A stretch of DNA of 63,459 nucleotides, filler included, from Bigelowiella natans CCMP2755 (lineage: Eukaryota > Protista > Cercozoa), in the NCBI GenBank assembly GCA_000320545.1. It is 5 parts of 5 records of this genome, joined end to end, with 100 filler letters (N's around TTAATTAATTAA, not from the genome) between each part and the next. Parts side by side here need not be neighbours in the genome. Positions count along the whole stretch, not along the records: positions 1 to 6,180 come from ADNK01000097.1; positions 6,281 to 37,237 come from ADNK01002662.1; 3 more parts are not named here. The stretch is one strand, 5' to 3'. Below are positions 1-11,306 of this stretch, piece by piece. The position numbers and the translations under genes were made by a program. The notes below the pieces were generated by a model. That model was not told the origin of the DNA, did not search any database, and saw only the letters and a program-made list of their open reading frames with translations. Numbering within the stretch: position 1 is the first letter of the stretch; each line of letters opens with the position of its first letter.

Positions 1-1
1 T

Positions 2-1852
2 GGCACTTAGCAAGTATATCTTGTGATTGTAGAATGATATGATCCCCCCTAATTTTTCTAGGGCATCCTGTCCGAGGAGTAGTTCCATGGATAAAGTCAT
101 GGCTACTCGGGTCTTGATTTGGGTCTCCGCGTCGCTGCCAGGTATCTGTAGCTTTAGCATTAGCTCACCGACGGTCTTCATGGAAGAGCTTCCGTCTGCT
201 TGAGCATATTTACGTTCTTTCTTAGTCACTTGATCCAATAGTCCTAACCTTCTTACTGTGCTTAGGCTTATGAAGGACTTCGGCATGCTGCCACTATCCC
301 AAAGGGCAGGTAGTTTCTTGTAGTCTCCGTAGCTGTCTTTAACTTTAACCTTGGTCATAGCAACTTTGATAGTCCTGTTAGCGTCTTCGTCATTAATGTT
401 GCATACTCCTAAGTTCTTTATGTCGTCTAGGGTCATGGGCTTGTCTTGGTCCTGCGTTGCTGGTACTGCTGTCTTCGTCGGCGCCTGCTTAAGGTGATCT
501 AATATTCCGTTTATCTGCTGCTGTATAGCATTGATACTGTTCTGCTTTTTGTTCTTATATTTATTGTTCTTCCCGTTGTTGCTGCCTTGCCATTTGCTGT
601 TGTTATATCCTTGTCCTCTGCCTTTCTTTCTCTTTAACTTCTCGTAGTGTTCGTTGAGCTGCCTGATCGTCATCCTGGGTCGTCCTTCTTTCCTGTCTCT
701 GCAGTCTTTAGCGGTGTGTTTCCCTTTACGTGAGCAGTATCCGCAACGTCGGTTACCTTCCCTGTCCTTGTACCAGTCTCGCTGCGGCTTAATAGCGTTA
801 ATGTTTCCTATGCCAGGTACCTTAGGGCTGGTAAACTTGCGGTCCTGCTCCTGCTCGCGTAGGGATATAGCCTGCACTGCTGCCTCCATCGTGGTGTAGC
901 CTTTCTCCGTAACGTAAGTGGATTCCTTTATCTTTAACTTGAACTCTTCAAACCTTGCCTGATCATCACCTGTGTTGTAATTAAAATCATGTAGTTCGTC
1001 GATCATATCCTGGAAGCGCGTGGCAAAGTCTCTAACAGGTTCTCTCTCATGCTGCATCATTGCTCTGTATTTTCTAATAGCCTGGGGTAGGGAGTTAGCA
1101 TCCTGTTCATTTACAAAAGCCTTCATTATCGCCTCAACGTCTCGTAGCCCACTAACTGTAGTGTGTATTTTCTCTAGCTGCCTGATCCGGGTCCTGCCTG
1201 TCTCGTAAAGGTCCATGGCTTGCTTTATTATAGCTAGCCATTTGAGCTTGTCGTTTTCGGTGGGGTTAGGGGTAAAGTCGCAGAGTATACTCCTAGCGTT
1301 CTTCCACCACCTCCTTGCCTCACCTCTTTTCCCGTTGTATTTCGTTATCATAACCGGTGCTGTTTTAACAGACATGAACTGGGTGTTCCGCTGTACCGGC
1401 TGCTGCTGCTTGACGGTGCTCTGGGTCGTCCCCCGCGAGGCGCCCAGACCCCCGTCGTTCCTAAACAAAGCTGCCCACTCTGGAGGTAAGTCTGCTTCGT
1501 AATCCATGATGTCCTGCATGATAGCTGCCCAAACATCATGTGTCTGATACTTGTATTCTATCGATACTTTCAGTTTGGCGTAGTTGCTCGCCCTGGGTCG
1601 CAAGGCTCGTAATGCCATTACGACCTTCTTGCTTTCGGCGGCCACGTCCTCGTCGTCCGCCTCGTAGAAGTTCTCCAGTGCCTCTGCTGCTGCATCTGCT
1701 TTCTTAATCCCGGGTGCTGGTCCCGGCGGTGCCTGTGGAGGTGTTCCTCCTCCTTCCTTAGCGTCCGTATCGCCCTTCCTTTCCTGTTTCTGCTCGTGCC
1801 CTTGCACGGCCTGCGAGCCAAAGTCCTGCTGTTCTTCTAGCTGCTGTGACAT
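2..1852 (-). CDS. Gag-Pol polyprotein N-terminal part (capsid-like gag, zinc knuckle, aspartic protease); open to the window edge
   Basis: Manual translation from ATG 1852 (MSQQLEEQQ...) finds no stop down to position 2. It contains gag-like MMQHEREPVRDFATRF, the knuckle CGYCSRKGKHTAKDC (701-745), protease ALWDSGS (~285-307) and LLLGQDAL. Absent from the ORF track because no stop lies in the window. Confidence 0.9.
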   Translation of the reverse strand, partial: MSQQLEEQQDFGSQAVQGHEQKQERKGDTDAKEGGGTPPQAPPGPAPGIKKADAAAEALENFYEADDEDVAAESKKVVMALRALRPRASNYAKLKVSIEYKYQTHDVWAAIMQDIMDYEADLPPEWAALFRNDGGLGASRGTTQSTVKQQQPVQRNTQFMSVKTAPVMITKYNGKRGEARRWWKNARSILCDFTPNPTENDKLKWLAIIKQAMDLYETGRTRIRQLEKIHTTVSGLRDVEAIMKAFVNEQDANSLPQAIRKYRAMMQHEREPVRDFATRFQDMIDELHDFNYNTGDDQARFEEFKLKIKESTYVTEKGYTTMEAAVQAISLREQEQDRKFTSPKVPGIGNINAIKPQRDWYKDREGNRRCGYCSRKGKHTAKDCRDRKEGRPRMTIRQLNEHYEKLKRKKGRGQGYNNSKWQGSNNGKNNKYKNKKQNSINAIQQQINGILDHLKQAPTKTAVPATQDQDKPMTLDDIKNLGVCNINDEDANRTIKVAMTKVKVKDSYGDYKKLPALWDSGSMPKSFISLSTVRRLGLLDQVTKKERKYAQADGSSSMKTVGELMLKLQIPGSDAETQIKTRVAMTLSMELLLGQDALEKLGGIISFYNHKIYLLSA

Positions 1853-1863
1853 TGTTAGTCAAA

Positions 1864-1886
1864 TCGTTTCCCGTGTGTGGAAGCCA
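1864..1886 (-). promoter_or_regulatory. Putative primer-binding site of the retrotransposon
   Basis: TGGCTTCCACACACGGGAAACGA starts 5 nt inside the LTR end. Its complement ends in CCA and resembles a tRNA 3' end. Confidence 0.65.
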
Positions 1887-1891
1887 AAGGT

Positions 1892-2166
1892 TGTTGCGCG
1901 TAAGGTGTTCACAGGCCGAGGCGCTACGTGCACAAGTAGGCAGGGGGGGGGAAAGGCACGTTTGCTTCCTTTTGAAGAGTTGTGTTTATTTTTATTAAAG
2001 ATTATATTTTTATTAAATCGTGCACTGCGTAATCATTCGCGAAGCTTTCGCGAATGCCGCCGCACGTGGGGCAGCACACTTCCGGTGTGCTGCCATGAGT
2101 CCCGCCGGAACCCACGTGCCTATGCTGTATTAATATCTACGTTATCTATATTCTATATCCGCGACA
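1892..2166 (-). repeat. 5' LTR (about 275 bp)
   Basis: On the minus strand it starts TGTCGCG and ends CGCAACA (imperfect terminal inverted repeat), contains AATAAA-like signals and directly precedes the PBS. The second LTR is not in the window. Confidence 0.7.
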
Positions 2167-2952
2167 ACCCCTTTGTTGTCGCACGTGACTTGTGCCCGCG
2201 TAGTGGTACGCGCTACACGGCTACAGCGCTCATGTTGTGTCTGTTTGTTCCTGCCACAATGTGTTTCATACATGTGAAAGCGTCCTTTGGCGGACAACTG
2301 TGTTCGAGGGCTTATAGTTGCATGTCAGACACAGCGCTCATTAGCCACTGCTTTGTTGCACAGCTACGTACATCAGAATGACCATTGCAAAGATTTGGTC
2401 ACTTTATTGCACCGGTCTCACACTAGACGCACCCTCATTGGTGAAATGAATTTCATGCATGCAATGTTGGATCACAAATGCGTGCAAATGAGCACCTTGC
2501 TAGCTTGCCTTATCTTGAGACGGACTTCTCTAGTTCTTTGCTAGCTGTAATCATAGCGGCATTGTTTGCATTCACGCGCGCCTGATCACTGCATGGATGC
2601 GTGCGCATGTGGCATCAGCGTTCATCCTGACGAACAACACCAGGAGGAGATTGTGAGTAGGCGCACCGTGTTTGAGTTTCCAATGGCAACTGTCCAGTGG
2701 CATTGCGCTTTGATCATTTCTGCTAGGCACATGCAATCCGGATACAACAATGTAGCTTGCTCACACCAACAACTTAGTAGTGCAACACATTGACGGCCAT
2801 GCGGGCTCGCAAACGCTACAGGTGGAAACGAACAGGTAAATGCATTTCACCGCCTTAAGTTCCACACAATGCAAGGACTGTACGTGTTTACTTAGGCAAA
2901 TTACAAATCATCATTGGGAGAGTTCTTACATTTCAGTCTCACACTCGCGTCT

Positions 2953-4691
2953 TCATCGAGTCACATCGTCCGAATACGGTTTTTGCTGAAGTATTCTCTT
3001 AATTCGCTCGAAGTTTCGTTGAGTACGCGAATCGGATGACGCTCGAGCCATTGCACTCAGAAGGTCAACAAACCTAAGCCTTGGGTTCAGGGCCTCTTGC
3101 CGCCCCATCTCAAACTTGACAATGTTTCCCAGAGAAAACAAGGAGATCCTGTCACAACAATAACAACACAACAACATGTACACACATTACGCATGTGCGT
3201 GGGAAGGCATGAGGAGGACGGACCAGCAGCGCAGTAATGGGCGTGAATCGGATGACACGCGATCATCGTCCATCACGATCACCATCATCATTATCATCAT
3301 CATCATCGCTAGCAGAGACAGCAGTAGTTGCCGACCTTCGAGCGTCTACACTGCTATCATTGAGCGCGATCTTTAGCAACGATTCCACGACGCCTTTCTC
3401 GACCAACATCTTCACCAGATGGCCTCCATTCCTTACCAAGTTGCCTGAAAGTCGTTGAGAAGTAGAAGAAAAGGAAGGACAAATAAGGTGCACCACTGAG
3501 TAAAATACAATATATCATTGGATGATTGGAGGGGAGGGAAGCGAATGCGCTATGTTTTAACCTACAAAAGTCATCATCTCCTGCGTGGAAATCTAGTGGT
3601 GGTGTGTGAAAATGGACGGTGGAAGAGATGCAGCGGTGAAGGACGTGGTACGCTCGAATCTCAACGCTCTCTTCTCTTTCATTGCTTCGATAAGTACTCA
3701 TAGTTCTAAATACCCAGTGCTCCCGCAGCGTTGGCTCTCATCTTCGCCGATGGTTTGTCGTGCAAGTTCTCTTCCAGGACACCCTGACATGATCGCATCG
3801 CAGCATGTGAGTGTGGGTGCGTGCTGCTGCTGCAACTAATTCATTACGACCGCTACCACTAGTAGCATTAGTATTAGTATTACCACGGCTTCTTCGAGGT
3901 CCTTGTAGAGATCCGCGCCTACCAAAAATCCGACGACGACGACAGTGCAACAACGTGATAGCAATGATTTCAAGAAGAGTTATTGATGGCAACGAGACGC
4001 AGCAAGCGCTTCTGTGAAGTCATTCTGTCCAAACTACTATCGTGAACAATCGCACCGTGAAATCCCAGGTTTCCAATGGCCACAACGGCGAATGTGCGCA
4101 CGGCGGCGTTCGAGTCGGAGCAGCAGCGGATAAGCTGAGTTTTGTTACCACCACCAATGCAATGAGAGTGAAATTAGAGGAGAAGTAGATGATCGCACAA
4201 TCCCAGAGAGAATATCAACCAATCATTATCTTCATCACCATCGCCATCGCTCTTCCTCTTTTCATCAGTAGTGGCGGCGTGGTTTTGTTGGTATCATTCA
4301 TTCATTCATTACCGGTGGGACGAGCTTATGCTCTTTGATGTGAGGGTAAAAGAACCTGATTTATTGTTGTTGCGCCACACACGCGGCCACAATATTCACG
4401 CAGCAGCATCGTTACTACTACTACAACTATTACTACTATACTACTAACTACTGCTACTTCTTCTTCTTCTTCTTCTTCTTCTTCCTCCTCTCCAGCGGAT
4501 GATACCACCTGGAATTACGACACAAGTTGCCGAGGAGGTTGCAGGCCTTGGCCCGCACAGACTCGTATCTGTTCGCAAACACAAACGCAGAGCACTCTTT
4601 TTAGTGTTGTTGGGGAATGAGAAGAAGAAGAAGAAGAAATAGATGAGGAAGGAGCTACCGCCACTATCAACATCATCGTCGTCCGCCAAAC

Positions 4692-4732
<41 letters not shown>

Positions 4733-5340
4733 CGCGCGCGCGAATTACTCGTGCGAGAGCAGGTCCCTGAGAGAGGAGTAGAGCTCCGCTTCGTGGAGGG
4801 ATTCCTCGATGTAGTGAGGCCGGGGCAGCCTCTTCGCCAAGGAAGGGTCACGGGCAATCCTGTGATACAGTAGTACATAAAAACACAAACAAGAGCGGCC
4901 AGCGTCAGCGCCTCTCATCTGCACGGCGTGCATACTGCGCACTACGCACGCACGACAAAAATCACGCCGGAACGCCTTTTCCCAGGAAATCGAAAAGGAC
5001 ATAAAGGGGCATCATCATCTTCATGTGCTGAAGACACGGATGATCCTGTCGCGTATAAACTAGCAACCGTCGGTATGTCTCGAGAGAATCGGGGCAAAAA
5101 TCATATATTCCTCAATTGTTATTATTATTATCATTTTTAATAATAATATAATTATGATTATAATCGGGCCTCCTTCCCTCCTCCTCCTCTTCCTCCTCCT
5201 TCTTCTTCTTCTTTCCTAGTACCGTGCGAGGTGTGAGAGGATAACAAGGGTCTCCACCAAGATCTCCGGTGGAGCTGCAGACCCGCCGAGAAAGCCTATG
5301 AATAATAGCGGGCAGTAACAGCAGCAGAAGGAGGAGGATG

Positions 5341-5388
<48 letters not shown>

Positions 5389-5782
5389 CGCGAGAGTGAG
5401 TAATGGCGGAAAAGGTAGGAAGCAGGGAGAACCACATGAATCCCGCAGTGCTGATGCATAAGGATATGGGTATTTTATGACGTATCATCAAAACATGGAG
5501 ATTATAGATATTGTGCTATTGCTTCTCTCTACCACTACTAGCGAAGTAGTAGAAGAAGAAGAAGAAGAAGAGGAAGATGTGCTGCAACAACGACAACATA
5601 CCAAGGTTTGACACGAGAGCCCACGGACCTCTATGCTCGGCAAACTGGTGATGGTAATTCAGTCAAATCAGCAAGCACAAGATACATTTCACACGGGGTA
5701 GCAGCATCGTCATCATATCATAAATATTATAAATATATAAATAAATATTATAAATATATAAATAAATATTATAAATATATAA

Positions 5783-5817
<35 letters not shown>

Positions 5818-5981
5818 CATTCATATATACGTGTACATAACGCATGGTTCACCCTCCCCTCTCCCTCCCCTTTCTCTCGAAATAGAGCTTCCTAGGAAGA
5901 AGGCCACCTGCCGTGCGAAGTACCCCCGACTATCCTCCAGCATCAGCGTGCAGAGAAAGGACAAGGGGGCCAGAGCGGCTC
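2953..5981 (-). CDS. STK36: STK36/Fused/TIO-like protein, C-terminal ARM/HEAT region (multi-exon; 5' part including the kinase domain lost at the gap)
   Basis: Spliced exons read LAPLSFLCTLML / PPEILVETLVILSHLAR / LRDLLSHE-YESVRAKACNLLGNLCRNS / AVRTFAVVAIGNLGFH / KMRANAAGALG-NLVRNGG / RISLFSLGNIV. This matches the motif order of the Fused/TIO C-terminus. Confidence 0.8.
5720..5818. repeat. Intronic 21-bp tandem repeat (TAAATATTATAAATATATAAA x3) followed by (TA)n
   Basis: Directly visible. Confidence 0.8.
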
Positions 5982-6060
5982 CTAGGGCATAATAGCATGG
6001 ATATGTTAATGATTCTCGCACACTGTGGTGGACATCGAGGCTTGCAGGCACACAGGTATC

Positions 6061-6098
<38 letters not shown>

Positions 6099-6180
6099 CA
6101 CATGAAAACAGGGGAGAGGAGGAGATGGGCCAGAAGTGAAGAGAGAGGTGTACTATCATCTCCGCCTCCGCCCACCCCTC

Positions 6181-6280
6181 NNNNNNNNNNNNNNNNNNNN
6201 NNNNNNNNNNNNNNNNNNNNNNNNTTAATTAATTAANNNNNNNNNNNNNNNNNNNNNNNNNNNNNNNNNNNNNNNNNNNN
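6181..6280. other. Assembly linker 44N-TTAATTAATTAA-44N
   Basis: The same 100-nt structure occurs four times; the core gives stops in all six frames. Confidence 0.97.
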
Positions 6281-6292
6281 GTTTTAATCTAG

Positions 6293-6746
6293 GCATCATG
6301 AGCTGATTGCTACGATGCTTTCTGGAGCAGCGCTAGTGGACGCCTGCATTTTTGTGGTATTGAACGATACGAATCTCTTCCAGTCATGGGACATGTTAGC
6401 AATCTAAAGAATCTTCACACAAGATGATATACAGCAAGAACACACACACGCACACACACACACACACACACGCACACACACACACACACACATACACACA
6501 CACACGCACATACTTGTACGTTTATCTGCATTGTGATAGGTGGCTGCGGATCAAGATCTGGGTGCTAATTCCGCTGGAATGCTACATATTCGATGCGCCC
6601 AAGCAGCAGGGTAATAGTGCAATCTTATAGAAAAATAAGAGGAGGAGGAGGGGGAGGAGGAGGAGGAGAAACACGATGACACATAGCACACTTTATTCCT
6701 TCTTTCTCTATTTTTCTCTCTCTGTCTCTCTCTCTCTCTCTGAGTG

Positions 6747-6784
<38 letters not shown>

Positions 6785-7463
6785 AGTGTGTGTGTGTTTT
6801 ACTCTCTCTTTATGCGTATCTTCCATACACACACAAATCTCCATTGAACGTCGTTATATTCGGGAAAGTCAATATATGAACCAGCGTTTGCCTGCCTCAG
6901 GATTGCATCGCATAGTTTGAGTAGTCTCGTCTCAGAGGGCGTCGTATGCCCCCACAGTTCTTCCTGACTCAACTTTGATTCTTCCCTTTAGGCTACTTCA
7001 AAGCAGGCGCCTCGTCGTAGTTCAGAACAAGATTGATCTAAAGACAATCCAGCAATGCGCCGAGCACTCTTATCAAATCCAGGATGCTCTCAGGCACACC
7101 TCTGCCTCCGATGCGGTAGAAAAGGGCGTGGAGGGGGGGTGTGTGTGGGGGGGGGGAGAAAAAGAGAAATAGCAGTAGTGTAAGTAGAAGTTGTAGAGTT
7201 GGTAGTGGTGGGGGGCAACGGTTTGAAGTTTAACTTCCCTTCGACGTATTTGTGCATATGCATGAGGATCCGAGTGGATTCATACATATTACACTACACT
7301 TGAGAGCTACTGCCAAGATTCCCATCATCACCACCATCATTATCATCACCATCATCATCATCAGGTGATAGTTCCTACTGCAGCCAATCGTAAAATCGGA
7401 ATCGATTACCTATGTCACCAAATCTCACAGATACGTGGTGTGCTCTTAGACAGCAAGAGCAGT

Positions 7464-7494
<31 letters not shown>

Positions 7495-8935
7495 GCAACA
7501 ACAACACCACCAATCACACCTCTGATGACGATGAGGACGCATGGAGGGGGGCCGTAGTTCGCAGCTTTGACATCAATAGACCGGGTAATATACAATATGT
7601 AAATGGCGTGAAGGTAAATCTAACATAACGCACAATGTCTACAACCAGGAATCCCCTTGAAAAAGCTCAACGGAGGAGTGGTTGGTGGAACGTTGATCAA
7701 AGGCAAGGTCAAGGCGGGCGATATGGTATGCCGCTGCGGCAACTATGTATGGCATCCAGTGTGTAATATTCTAGCCTTTTTGCCTTTTTGTAGATAAGAT
7801 TACATCTTTTCATTGTCCCTCCAATTGAGGGCCCATGCGCCCCCTCACGTTATTGGAAAGCAAGTGGGGGAGAGGAGGGCATAAAGAGGGGGAGGGGAAA
7901 TATTCTCATTGTTATCTTCGTCATTGAAGTAACGAATAGCAATAATGAACAAATAATTAGGTGGAGATCCGCCCCGGATTATGCTATCGCGACGGCACAT
8001 ATTCGCCAATTTTCTCTGAAATCACTGCAGTGAGAAGGGGCGGCGAGCAGCCAAAACACGGCAAACCTGGAGGCTTGTACGCGCTAGGTAGCTTCACATG
8101 AAGAATCGATTTTATAATACATAGAGGTCGATAATGCGCCCTATTATTCTATATGTATTGTATAGCAGCGTTAGAGCAATCGTATTCGCAGTACCAATAC
8201 CAACGAAACATGTTTAGATCCTACAACGGCCTCATGTTTCTATGCACTCAATGATATTCTCTGCTACCTTCACCCCCTTTACCAGGCCTCACCGTTGACC
8301 CGCAATTCACGAAGGACGATAGGATGGTTGGAAACACCCTTGGCAAACCAGGGTATTGACGTTGGAAAAAGAGAGCCGTTTGAGGAAGAAGAGGAGAAGG
8401 AGGGGAAAGGGAAAGGGGGGAGGGGTAGGCTAAAGCACGGCTGTATTAGTATAGTAGTGAACGTAGGAGGGAGAGGGAGAGCAACGAGATAGCAGGAATC
8501 TTAAATACGGCATCCTAACTCTTGCTATATAACCTGTTGTCGCTAACGTATACTATTCCAGGACTCTACCCCCTGTCTTCATCCTCGTCAAAGCTTTCAT
8601 AAAACGACTTCGAGTTGATCTAAGTGAGAGGAAGCTAAGACCTCTGCGGAAAGGGGAGATCGTCAAGGTAATAGCCAAAGGAGCTGCTTTTCATTGCCGG
8701 GGGCAACACAAACAACAACAGGCAAAGACACACCCGATAGTGAGACCGAACCGTCTTCTTCCTACAGGTTCAAATCGGTCATTCTCTTCGGAGAGCTAAG
8801 ATAACCGCGGTGGAGAACCATCTTGCAACGGAGTCCGCCGAGCTTAAAATGCGCTTGGAGCTTCCAATCTGTGCCCCTCTTGATTCTCGAATTGCTGTGC
8901 TTACGAGGGACGGGCAATCTACCTCGAGGTGCATG

Positions 8936-8989
<54 letters not shown>

Positions 8990-9204
8990 GGTGTACGCAT
9001 GTTTCTCGCTTTCTATGATTGTAGTACAAACAATCAAACTTTGCCAGTCTACTACTACTAGTACTACAACAACAACAACAACAACTACTACTTTCCGTCT
9101 CACACTGTGTCTAAAAATACAGCTCTGCTGCCACGTCATCCGCATCGTTCAAGATTGCGGGCTTTGGCGTATTGCAGAAAGTCGTATTGGCGAAAGCGAA
9201 GCAG
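6293..9204 (+). CDS. EIF2S3: Divergent eIF2-gamma-like translational GTPase (multi-exon, 5' end lost at the gap)
   Basis: Exons read GHHELIATMLSGAALVDACIFV, VVVQNKIDL (G4 motif), VVRSFDINRPG, LNGGVVGGTLIKGKVKAGD, VEIRPG, GLTVDPQFTKDDRMVGNTLG, LELPICAPLDSRIAVL and FKIAGFGVL, collinear with eIF2-gamma. Confidence 0.85.
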
Positions 9205-9335
9205 GTGGAGATGATAGCGACGATGATGCTGCGGTTGATGATAGTGATTTTGATGATGACAACGTCGACAAACCCAACTGCAACAAACAAAAAAGTTCCG
9301 TTGAACAAAGATAACGAGAGTTAATCTAACCAAAG

Positions 9336-9833
9336 GTAAGCAAGACCCTAACCGGGGCCGGCGAGCTTGAGCATGGCGTCGAAGAAGCGGAGAGCAATGA
9401 GGGCACAAACATTCACGTTAGCATAAATCCGGCTGTTGCTGAGCTGCCTTCTTCTCCGAGCGAATTTGAGTGCAACAACGGCAATGATGTCAAGACGGAA
9501 CTACAAGTGCCAGGCCGAGAGCGCGAGAGAGATGACCAGGAGAATCCTCCCAATGACACTTCTCCAGTAGAGCCTTCTAGCATAGCGCTGGTTGGAATGA
9601 AAGAATGGAGAATGTATTCTGAAGAATACCCTCGTGCCACCACGCTCACAGTGGCAAGGTTCTTAAGGGAAGTCCCCGGCGCTGGTAAGATAGTAGTTGG
9701 TGGGTAGGAGAGAAAGAACAAGGAAGATGATGAAGATCAAGACAATAGAAGTTCTATACCTCTGATTTGTCAAGTAACTACGATGCAGTACAACTTCTAC
9801 TCATTAGAAAGATGTATGAGACACAACCAAACG

Positions 9834-9869
<36 letters not shown>

Positions 9870-10455
9870 GTATATTATTGTCAGGAACATACGTAACACT
9901 CCCAGAGTACGGAGAATTAGAAGCCCTGGTTCCCCTTGGCCAGCACTCATTTGCTGGAAGGAGAGCAAGGCATGGAAAAACCTTTCCGAAGAACTCCGAT
10001 GTCGTCGTGAAGGTGCTGCGATCTGGCCCGCACGGTGTTGACGTCACTCGCAAGCGGATCGACACCCGCGACAAGGAAGATTGCCTGCAGAGGTGGAATA
10101 GAACTCTCTTTTATAGTAGTACAAAAGAGGCTGTTGTGTTGTCCGCACAAAACGAAGGCATCGATTTACTACTGCTGTTATTGCTGCTGCTGCTACTGCT
10201 GCTGTAATTTGACACTCTTGCGCCTTCTCATAAATTAAGGTTTAAACGATCTAGTCGGCTTCGGTCGTTGATTGGGGAGTTCTATGTGAAGGCCCTTGCG
10301 ATGTACGCGCATAAAGGAGTCGGCGGCGGGATTAACTCTGACCTGGAGGAACGATTGGCGACGAAATCAATGGGGTTTATGCACAGGATGTACGATTTTA
10401 TTGAGGAAAACGAAGTAATTTGCATCCTCCGACGAAACACACACACACACAGACA

Positions 10456-10497
<42 letters not shown>

Positions 10498-11306
10498 ATG
10501 TCTAATGCATCATTATGACAATAGGATTGTCGTTTCAACGCCGCTGAGAGTGAAGATGATGATAAGGATGGGGTAGACATTGACCATCCGCTACAAGTCC
10601 TAATCCAGCACGAAAATGAGAGGGACAACGACAGCAATAAAGGCCGAGAAGAAAGTCATGACAGCAAATCCGCCTCCACTTTTGTCCAAATGCTTAAATC
10701 ATCGGGAATGAATGCGAAAGAGCAGGCAATATTCTCCGAAATTGCTGCAAAGCGTCTCCATTCCTATAGGAAAAAGGGTAAGCTTTTAGCAGCAAGATAA
10801 TGAACTTATATGAAAACACACCATCCCTTGTAGAGTAGACCAGAAGACAATAAACCAATAGCGATTTGTGCGCTTCAATGATTTTCAGAAGAAAAACAGC
10901 TTTTTTTAATGATTGTTTGGTGCGTTGATAAATTCTCTTCAGCTACACGTGCAGTTGCAGAGGTGATGTGTTTCTTTGGCCCAGGAGTTATTGCAGTTAA
11001 GAAAGCGCTGGTATGTTACTATATGTTATATATGTATATATATGTACATATATGTATGCATGCTTGTGTGCGGATCTGCGTGCAATTTCATGTGATGATA
11101 ATACATTGTACATTCTCTTATGTTCTGGCAACTCTGTGCAGAAAATGTGCAGATTACCCAAGGGAGTGGAGATAGTCGTGAAGTCAGCGCCCTTCTACAC
11201 TGTTGAAGTACGTTCCGAAAATGCCGAAAAAGATTTGATCAAAACGTTGTCGCGGCTGCAAGCTGTTTTTAAAGACCAGGGGATGGAGATCAAAAGAATG
11301 CGTTGA
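9336..11306 (+). CDS. EIF2S1: Divergent eIF2-alpha-like protein (S1 plus C-terminal domain) preceded by an open acidic linker; possibly fused to the upstream gamma-like gene
   Basis: WRMYSEEYP...GTYVTLPEYGELEALV...VVVKVLR...VDVTRKRI matches the eIF2-alpha S1 domain. RAVAEVMCFFGPGVIAVKKAL and VEIVVKSAPFYTV match the C-terminal domain. Stop at 11306; an alternative own ATG lies at 9597. Confidence 0.8.

Larger units (their letters stand above)
1..2166 (-). mobile_element. Ty3/gypsy-type LTR retrotransposon, 5' part (5' LTR, PBS, gag, protease); continues beyond the window's left edge
   Basis: An LTR with TG...CA ends, then a TGG-starting PBS, then an uninterrupted gag-protease ORF. RT and integrase lie outside the window, so the gypsy assignment rests on the style of gag and protease. 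Confidence 0.88.

Noticed and set aside
1618-1821. Small ORF with a TAATG stop-start overlap upstream of gag
   Set aside because: It is an alternative frame inside the continuous gag ORF that starts at 1852.
6181-6280. TTAATTAATTAA palindrome between N runs (four occurrences) as a biological motif
   Set aside because: It is a fixed 100-nt artificial contig linker. Genes are truncated on both sides, so adjacency across the gaps is not reliable.
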